From NCBI GenBank assembly GCA_964016885.1, contig OZ024742.1, positions 250,418,001 through 250,482,000 of the forward strand: a stretch of DNA of 64,000 bases. The letters run 5' to 3'. This DNA comes from Eledone cirrhosa. Lineage: Eukaryota. Within the stretch, counting starts at the first letter, position 1, and each line of letters starts with the position of its first letter. Below the pieces are notes generated by a model. The model saw only the letters and a program-made list of their open reading frames with translations, was not told the origin of the DNA and did not search any database. Shown piece after piece: positions 55,015 to 64,000 of the stretch. Position numbers and translations under genes: made by a program.

Positions 55015-57846
55015 CTACAGGTTTATATACAGAGAAGGCCCATTCACTCGGGCCATTTTCGCCACATTCACCCACCTTTCAGCGAATTTACTGAGATGTA
55101 GCACCTCTCTATCCACTCTCACCTTCCTTCTGAAGTGGTACTTAAAGAAGTGGATGAGTTGTTGGCCGGAGAGAAAGGTGTTTGCCCTCAGTCCTTTTTA
55201 CCTCGTCCACCATATTACCTTTTCGCCATAGCCACCAGACAGAGGAAAACCGTCTCTCCTTCGTTCTTAAATGAAGGCGGCGGGTGATCCTCACGATGGA
55301 CTCGGCTGACAACTGGATGCATCCCACACGTGACAGTAGCCGTTCGACATAATTCCACAGGTCGGTCACCCCTGGGCACTGAACAATTGCGTGCAGAACG
55401 GTTCCCATGTCCTGCTCGCATCTTGGGCAGGTCCTTTTGGCAGGATCTCTGCCAGGGCGTCCGTGCCTGTAGATTTTGTCTCGAACTGGTAGAGCTCCTC
55501 GGTAGCACTGCCAGGCCAGAGACCTCTGGGAGTTATCCATAGGCCCTGGACGGAAAGTCCTCCCGAACAGACTGGTCAGTTCGTCCTCCTCGATGCCTAG
55601 TTTCCCAGAGATCGTCATCGCACTTATCCTCCATTAATCCCCTATAGAATGTCGAAGTGGAGTCTCCGCTGATTGCGTTTCCGCTTGGTAGAGGGCTGTG
55701 AGCGCCTGTAGGCACTCGAGGTGCCAGGCACCCATTTTTCGTCTTCGCTTGACGCAGGACTGCAGCTCTGTTAGTGAGACGAGTTGTGGAAGAGCTTGTC
55801 TCACAAACGATAGCCACACCGGTTCACCTGTCAGGAATACCTGGAGTTTGCGTAGCCTCAGCGCGTGTTTGCGCATCATCAGCCACGGCACGCCCAGCCC
55901 TCCGTTAGAAGGGTGTTGACAGCAGATGGATCTTCTCACCAATGGAGCCTGTTTCTTCCAGATGAACTTGAAGAGTAGGCGTTCCATTTTGGTAAGGTAT
56001 TCGTGGGGGAAAGGTACGACTGTCAAGCGGTAGTAGATGACGGACGCTATGTAAGTGTTCGCCACCTCCGCTCGACCTTTCAAGGAGAGTTTGCACTCAG
56101 TCCACTTCTGGGTGAGTGCAAACACCTTCGCCGTGACCTCGTTCCAGTTCTTGACCACCTGGAGGTCTGGACCAAACCAGACCCCGAGCAATTCCACCGG
56201 TCCTTCCGTCCAGCGTCCAACGATACTGTCAGAAGGCATGGGTTTGCCTCTCCATGTGCCGAGTTGCAAACTGACGGACTTGTTTGGGTTTAGTCTTGCT
56301 TCTGTCAACGTTTCGTATTCATGTAATAGGGTGCCGAATACCCCGATTTCCGAGGTTTTCAACACATTTCCGCAGTCCTGGTTCGATCGGGATGCTCTGC
56401 AACAGCTCCAACCCCGCAGTAACGGCTCGAGAGTCAGTACATACAGAATGGAGGAGAGAGGGCATCCCAGACGGATGGAACGCATGGTTTGGAATGGCTC
56501 TGATAGGTAGCCATTCACCTTGACTGCCGAGCAGATTCTGGTGTGCATAGAAGCGATCCAGCCTCTGAAGACGGGACCGAAGCCGGCCGCCTGGAGAACT
56601 GCTTCCAAATATTGATGGTCGACCCTATCAAATGCCTTAGACTAATCTAAATTGCCCAGAGCCCCACGGAAGCCAGGTTTACACCCTACCCTCTCTATGA
56701 TGTATCGCATGAGGTGGAGGTTGTCGTATATGGACCTGGTCGGGATTGCCACTCGCGCCCAGCTAACAGCTTTGGCTCCCTCATTTCTTAGAGCACGTGT
56801 TCTACTTACTACAATACAACCTTCGTGTTTCACGTTGAAGAACTGGTCTAGTGCCGTTCTCGCCACTAGCACGTCAGCTGTACTACCTTTCCTAAGTGCC
56901 TCTTCTATTTTAGATACCAGTTCCTTTTCAGTTTTGATTTTTTCTAAAGCTACTTCCTTGCTAAATGCTATCGATTCTATTCTAATTGCTCTTTTGAGAG
57001 AGCTCCACCACCTGTTTTTGACGATCGCCCCCGTCAACTGGCACTTAACTAAGTTTCTACTCCGTTTACTGTAGGCCTTACGCGCCGGGAGCGACATATT
57101 TAGCTTCCAGTATCCAGATCCCTGTCTATGTGTCCTATCAAGGTTGACTACGCAGGTGACTAGTTTGTGGTCTGAATAGGCAACCATGTGCATTTGTGGA
57201 CAGCTTAATGTTTCCTTATCATTCTGTCTAATTAAAAATCTATCTAAATACGATCTAGAAGACCAATTCCGGTTGCTCAACGTCCACAGTGGTGCAGTTG
57301 GGAAGTCTAGTCGATATCTATCAGCCAGTTGGAATTGGCTGATGAGATTTTTGAGGCTATTACACCCTACTCTATTATCATTAGCTCCTACATAGTCCCA
57401 ACGTGCGTCTAAGATGCCATTCCAGTCCCCCGCTAACACTAAGGAGCGAGACGTTCCCAGGAATGGCTCCAGACGCTTGAAGAACTCGTGTCGCGATGTC
57501 CCAGTCGGGGCATATACAGCCACCAGTCTGAAAGCTCCACCTCCACTACCATTCACGTCCAGGACCACCAGGCTGCCCTCCGCGTCCAAATGAATCGTCT
57601 GTATTTTGAGATCCAAGATTTTCGAAACAGAACAACAACTCCCCTTCCATCTCCTGGCTGACAGAGAGATGCGTAGATCTCAAAATCATCGAACATGAGG
57701 GTTAGCTGCTGCTTGTCATGAATCCTGGACTTGGTGATGGCTATCACATCTATACAATGTGACCTGAGATCATTTAAAAGCTGGCCCTGTTTCCAGGACA
57801 TGCCCAGGCCACGTACATTCAAACATCCAGCTTGTATTGTCGCCAT
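55015..57846 (-). pseudogene. Tx1 ORF2 (APE endonuclease-RT-CCHC), frameshifted, with deletions
   Basis: CLNVRGL, VYAP, GDWN, YLDR, SDH, GYWKLN, GCPLS, CPRC..H...C; lacks about 0.55 kb at about 56748 and the YADD segment near 56365. Confidence 0.93.
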
Positions 57847-57886
57847 GTTGGTGAAGAAGAGTGAAGGGGAGAAAAGGCAGGAACAC

Positions 57887-59541
57887 TTACGTTTTCGTTT
57901 CCTGGAGGTCGGGTTGTTTGATCTCCATGTCCAGATTGGTGGTGTTTGGGGAGGGAGGGAATCTTTTTAGCAGGACACGGTTAAGGGGCTTTTGGCAAGG
58001 GGGGTCCACATCATGTGGGAAGTTCTCTTTTAAAGTCTCATACTGTAGGGTTGTTACCCTGATAAGTTTGAGGTTTGGGGGTGGGTCGTTGGTGGGGAAG
58101 GTTTTCCCTTCCGTTTGTATTGTGGAGTCCTTTCGGACAGTTTCCACCAGTTCTTTGTTTCTTGTTTTTATGTATGTGTAATGTATTTTTTTTATGTATA
58201 CTGTTTCTGTTTGTAGTTTTTTTTTTGTGGTTGGGATTTGTGATTGTGGTGGTGTGGGTGTTTGTTTTGTTGGTGAAGTGTCTGGTTGTGGTGGTGGTGT
58301 GGTTGTCGTTTGTGGCGGTATCTTTATGTCAGTGTTGGGTGTGTGCGTGTTTTCAGTTGATGTTTTTGTTGTTGTATTTTTTCCGTCTTTTTTGCTTCTT
58401 GGATTTTTGGGGTTCCTCTTCATCCTCACTTGGAGATGTAGAGGTTTCCATGTCTGAGGTGTTATCATTGCGGGTAGGTGGGAGGGGTATGTTGTGTTGT
58501 GGTGGAGTGTTTGTGTGTGTGTTTGTGGGAGTGTTGGACAGAGTCCTGCAGGGGGATTTTTGGTGTGGTGTCTTTTGTGGCTTGTGATGGTTGGGTGAAT
58601 GTTGATGGTTTGGGGGTTGTGTTTTTTGTTTTCAGGTGTGTCTGTTGTAGTTTTGGGGTTAGCAACAACTCCTTCTTTTGTTTTTCCACATGCAGCATTT
58701 TTTCCATTTTTTCCACATTTGAAACATTGTGGTCTTTTACCCTCCACTGCGATGTGGACAACATGGTTATCATCCACCGGCACCCTTTCTAGTATTTTTT
58801 CAATCCTCTCCGGTTTCATTTGAACTAAAAGCTCAATTGAGGTCTCACTCCAGTTCTGTCGGATTGATTTTTTACAGAGAGGATGTTGTCTTCACCCTCC
58901 TCCAAAAAACCACCCAGGATCCACCAAATGTTGGTGTTCGGTGAGATCTGGGAGATCCTTATTTTATGGGTTCTTCTTCCCATGTATGTTGGGAAGAAGA
59001 TGTGTTGACTCGTTCTAATTGGAGCCACCGAATATTTCTGGACGAGGGCCTCGCTTTTAAAGAGCACCGAGATGCTCCCGTACTGTTTGGCCCTCTGGAG
59101 GTAAGCAATCTCTAGCATTGCCTCCTTTAGCGTGGTTTCCACCGTGCTATTGCTTAAAGCCATTGGTTTCTTGGTTTGTGAGCAGATCGTCCGGAAGAAA
59201 ATTGTTTTTCTTAAGGTCGCGGCTCTAATTTCCGGTGGGGTACTTATTTGAAAGCCGTTACCTTCGAAAGTTATATGTTGCGCAGCGTCCTTTAGGTGCT
59301 GTGCTTGGTTTGATAGATCTGTCTGTATAAACTCTGTCTCTTTGGTAAGGCTTTCTGCAAACGTTTTTTTCTTTTGGTGTGTTTGGTTGTTTTCGTTTGT
59401 GCTGGAGTTGTTGTTTCTGTTGTTCTTGTTATTGTTGTTGGTGTTGTTTTCGTTCATAGCATTGTTGTTGTTGTTGCTGGTGCCACCGGTTGTGTTGTTT
59501 TCGTTCATTGTTTCACACTTCTTATTTTGGTCTGTTGCCAT
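57887..59541 (-). pseudogene. Tx1 ORF1 (gag-like, zinc-knuckle remnant), frameshift near 58820
   Basis: MATDQ start, N-rich linker, KKTFAE motif, CFKCGKNG..AAC knuckle remnant; the C-terminus is homologous to 63504-63930. Confidence 0.8.
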
Positions 59542-59743
59542 GGTAACGTCAAGTTGTTGGTCAGCAAGTGAACAAAATCCTTCCTCTGTCTGAATTTTGT
59601 CTGAGACACCTGCTACTATGACAGTGGAAAGGGGGAGCTGTAAGCATATCTTTCCCTTTCCTCCTTCGAATGCTGGTGAAAAAGAATTTCTATAGAAATT
59701 TAAGCAGAAATTACCCAGCAAGTTTCACGCGTTTGTCCATCCC

Positions 59744-59835
<92 letters not shown>

Positions 59836-59836
<1 letters not shown>

Positions 59837-62800
59837 ATTTCTATTTATTTGCCACGAGGGCACAAAAGAAGGGGACATTTACACAGTGGGGGAGTTTGCA
59901 TAAATCGAGTAAAGAAAAAAGGAATAACAATAATAATATAACAATAAAAAGTCCTCAAAAGGGAGGGGGCGTGTTGGGGATTGCACATACCCCCGAAAAG
60001 TGTGCAACTCTTTTCGCGGGGGAAGCCCAGAGAGGAGGCGCTCCCCCTTTCCTCTTCACTTCTTCACCTACAGAACAATGTAGAGAGAAGGCCCATTTAC
60101 ACGGGCCATTCTCGCTTCTTTCACCCACCTTTCATAAAACTGTCTGGAGCCAAGCACTTCTCTCTCCATCCTGATCCTTCTTCCGAAGTGGTATCGGAAG
60201 AAGTAAACCAGGTGATGGCCGGAGAGAAAGTCACCCGACCTCAGACCTTTCAGGCGCGTCCACCACACAACCTCTTTCATCATGGCTATTACGCACAGAA
60301 AGACCGCCTCTGCTTCATTTCTGAAGGGAGGAGGCGGCTTGATGTTCACCACAGACTCGGCGGTTAATCGAATCGGCGCCACACGCGACAGCAGTCGTTC
60401 GACGTAGCCCCACAGATCGGCAACGCCCGGGCAGTGTACCAGTGCATGCGCAACGGTTTCCACGTCGCGCACGCATCTGGGACAGATCTCTTTCGCGGGA
60501 TCCCTGCCCGGGCGCCCGTGTCTGTAGAGCTTTTCTCGAACGGGCAGAGCCCCCCGGTAACACTGCCAGGCTAGGGACCTCTGGAAGTTGTCCATGGGTC
60601 CCGGGCCGAAAGTTCTGCCGAACAGGCTGGCCAGTTCGTCCTCCTCCATGCCTAGCGACTCTCCAAGAGTGTCGTCGCCCTTGCTAGCCACCAACCCTCT
60701 ATAGAATGTCGAGGTGGATTCTCCACTGATAGTCGGGTCCGCTTGCCAGATAGCCGTGAGCGCCTGGGCACACTCGGTGTGCCAGTTGCCCAGTTTTCTC
60801 GGTCTTTGCTTCACCCAGGATTGCAGTTCGGTGAGCGAAACGAGCTGTGGGAAGGCTCGCCTCACAAACGGGGCCCACACCGGCTGACCGTTGAGGAATA
60901 CCTGTAGATGCCGTAGCCTCAATGCGTGCCTACGCATCAACAGCCACGGCATACCCAGCCCTCTTTTCGAAGGGTGCTGGCAGCAGATGGATCTCCTCAC
61001 AATGGGAGGCCGCTTCTTCCAGAGGAGCTGGAAGAGCATGCGTTCCATGATGGTGAGCTTTTCCTTGGGGCAAGGCACGACGGTCAGGCGGTAGTAGATG
61101 ACGGACGCTATGTAAGCGTTCGTCACCTCCGCCCGACCTTTCAGTGATAGTTTGCACTTGGCCCACTTCTGGGTCAGCGCAAACACCCTGCTCGTCACCT
61201 CGCCCCAATTCTTCTCCACCTGGAGGTCCGGTCCGAACCAAACCCCGAGCAGCTTCACCGGGCCCTCCGTCCACCGCCCGACGACACCGTCTAACGGCAT
61301 CGGTTTGCCCCTCCACGTTCCGAGTTGCAAACCGACTGACTTGTCCCGGTTCAGCCTAGCCCCCGTCAGCCTTTCGTATTCCTCCAGTAGGGTGGCGATC
61401 GCCCCGATTTCCGAGGCGTCCGCCACCATTACTGTTACGTCGTCGGCATAGGCCGAGACCGCTTTGTGCAATCCCGGTTCCAGGGGTATGCCCCGCAGCA
61501 ACTCCAACTTCCGCAGCAGTGGCTCGAGAGTCAATACGTACAGAAGGGAGGAGAGGGGGCACCCCTGTCTGATGGACCGGGTGATTTGAAACGGCTCCGA
61601 GAGGTAGCCGTTTACTTTAATCCTAGAGTAGATGTTGCCACTGTGCATGGCAGAAATCCAGCCCCTGAAAACGGGTCCGAAGCCCGCCGCCGCTAGCACC
61701 GCATCCAGGTAACCATGGTCGACCCTATCGAACGCCTTAGATTGATCCAAGTTGATCAGGGCCCCACCAAAGCCGGGTTCGTTGCCAACCCTCTCTACGA
61801 TGTATCGCATGAGGTGGAGGTTGTCGTGAATGGACCTGGACGGGATAGCGCATGTCTGCGCGTCTCCCACCAAACCACCCACCACAAGCGCCAACCTCTT
61901 CGCCAACACCTTGGCCAAAATCTGTAACTCTGCATTTAGCAGAGTTATGGGCCTAAAGTTACTTAAGTCGTCCCCTTTGCTCTCGTCCTTCCTCACTAGC
62001 GTGACCACGCCCTTGGTCACAGAACAGGGAATTCTCCCGTTCTGTTGCCAGTTGCAATAGACAGCCTCGAGGAGTTCGGAGAACAAGACCGGCATAGCTA
62101 AATAAAGTTCGTATGGTAGACCATCGAGACCCGGAGATTTGCGTCTGCTGCATTGGCTGAGCGCTTCCCCGATTTCAGTGGCTGTGATTGGCCTTTCGCA
62201 GCACTCCGCTTCGCCTCTCGAAAGACGTGGTAGACCGTCGAGGTATGGACCAAAGTCCACATCCCCGTCCGGCCCCCCGCCCCCTCCGAACAGTCGAACA
62301 AAGTGCCTTTGAAAGGCCTCGCACATCCGCTCAGGTTCAAGGATCACCCGTCCATCCTGGTCTCGCAAAGACCGAATGGTGGATTTAATCCCACTCTTGG
62401 CTTCTGTCACGCGGGCCCAGCTAACAGCTTTGGTCCCCTCGTTTCCTAAAGCACGTATTTTACTTCGGACAACGCAGCCTTCGTGCTTCGCGTCAAAGAA
62501 CTGGCTCAACGCCGTTCTCGCCGCTAACACTCTGGCCACGTCTCCGCTCCTAATCGCCTCTTCTAGTTTATCTGTTAACTCCCTTTCCTTCCTATTTCTA
62601 TTTGCCGCTAGTTCCTTACTGTAACCTATCGAACTTACTCTAATCTCTCTCTTTAGAGATACCCACCACCTGCTGTTGACGATCGCTCCCGTCAACCGCA
62701 TCTTAACTAAGCTACTAATCCGGTTCCTGTAATCTTTCTTTGCCGGCAAGGACAAGTTCATCTTCCAGTAACCGGGACCCTGTCTATGCGTTCTATCAAG

Positions 62801-64000
62801 GTTGACCACGCAGGTCACTAATTTGTGATCTGAATAGCCAACCATGATCAGTTCTGGACAACTAAATACGTCCCTATCCTTACTCCTAACCAAAAACCTA
62901 TCTAGGTACGATCTAGATTGTCCACTGCGGTTTGCCCAGGTCCAGGTTGGCGCAGTTGGACAATCTAGTCGAAATCTATCGACCAGGTCGAATCGATCGA
63001 GTAACCCCTTGAGGCTGCTACACCCCCCTCTATCAGGACATGCCCCTGCATAGTCCCAACGCGCATCTAGGATTCCATTCCAGTCCCCCACTAAAAGCAG
63101 GGAACGCGACGTTCCTAGAAAAGTCTCCAGACGCTGGAAGTAGTCGGCTCTTTCCGCCCCGAAGGGGGCATAAAGACCGACCAGTCTGAAAGCCCCGCCT
63201 TCACCGCCCCCGACGTCCAGAACTAGTAATCGACCCCCCGGGTCCGAGTGAACAATCTGTACGTCGAGAGTCAGACGTTTATCCAGCAGTACGGCAACTC
63301 CCCCCCCCCGCCTCCGGGTTGACAGAGAGATGCGTGCATCTCAAAGTCATCGAAGGCGGGCGCCAGCTGTCTCACGCTGCTGATCCGACTCTCGCAAACA
63401 ACCATCACATCTATACTTTGTGACCTGAGGTCACTTAGAAGCTTTGCTTGCTTCCAAGCTGAGCCCAGGCCACGCGCGTTCAAACAGCCAACTCTCAATT
63501 GATCTATTTTGGTGTTGAAAGTGAAGAAAGAAAAGCACCTACCTCTCCGGGTTGTGTAATTTCCATGGCATCAGGTGTGTTGGGTGGAGGGATGTTTTGT
63601 GGTGGTGTGGTGGTACCCGTGTGTGGTGGGGTTGGGGTATTTGGAGTTGTGTCAGGGAGAGGGGCGGTTATGGGGAAATCTTTCAAGAGGACGCGATTTA
63701 ACGGTTTTAAACAGGGGGGGGGGGCTCAAGTCCTGTCTAAATTGTTCTTTTAAGGAACGATAAAGGTCCAGAGGGACCTTTATCATTTTTAAATGGGTGA
63801 AGTTCTCTGTTGAGATAAAGTTTGGCCCTTCGGTCTGCACCATAGGGTTATTGTTTATTAATTTAACCAGTTTTTTGTTTACTTTATTTATATATGTGTA
63901 TTGCAACGTCTTTTTTTGTGATGCTGTCAATGTTGCGGAGAGGGGAGGCGCAGATTTATTTTTGTTTGTTGAGGGTGGGGTGTTTTTGATTGGAGTTGGT
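59836..64000 (-). mobile_element. Second Tx1-clade LINE lineage, head-to-tail with the first, continuing beyond the window
   Basis: 3' end AATAAATAGAAATT joined to TATC repeats; ORF2 and the 3' part of ORF1. Confidence 0.95.
60068..63498 (-). CDS. Tx1/L1 ORF2 polyprotein (APE endonuclease, reverse transcriptase, CCHC finger); single frameshift in a C10 run
   Basis: 1007-aa open frame with GDWN, SDH, KSPGLDG, FRPITLLN, LDQSKAFDRV, QGCPLS, YADD, CPRC..ETVAH...C; the frame stays open up to 63299 and joins RVGCLNARGL across the homopolymer. Confidence 0.93.

Larger units (their letters stand above)
54771..59743 (-). mobile_element. Apparently full-length but decayed Tx1-clade LINE in (GATA)n
   Basis: ORF1 plus EN-RT ORF2; (GATA)n at 54721-54769 and 59744-59835. 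Confidence 0.95.

Noticed and set aside
58075-62624. Plus-strand ORFs overlapping the Tx1 elements
   Set aside because: Antisense shadow ORFs of GC-rich or low-complexity coding sequence

Overview
AT-rich, microsatellite-dense eukaryotic (metazoan) DNA with no recognisable host gene. The repeat landscape resembles, from memory, coleoid cephalopod (Octopus-like) genomes; this is an inference only. Nearly all computed ORFs are (TA)n/(CA)n artefacts. Real content: (i) three Tx1-clade L1-like LINEs, all on the minus strand and all embedded in (GATA)n, the last with an almost intact ORF2; (ii) two degenerate Penelope-like elements (PLEs) plus a third 3' fragment, with Naiad-type signatures (SLKNIP N-terminus, YRDD RT, CxCx5CPx4C linker, GIY-YIG); (iii) a dense set of type I hammerhead ribozyme (HHR) motifs: about 19 complete or degenerate copies plus several half-motifs, from about 10 sequence families. 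They lie in PLE pseudo-LTRs and in short non-coding foldback or tandem (retrozyme-like) elements inserted in (TA)n, and several have an 80-nt branched loop II and/or a CCGANGA core; (iv) tRNA-derived SINEs with target-site duplications (TSDs), RTE fragments, hAT and Tc1/mariner MITEs and minisatellites. Coordinates were read by eye and may be off by a few bases; no database searches or folding programs were run.
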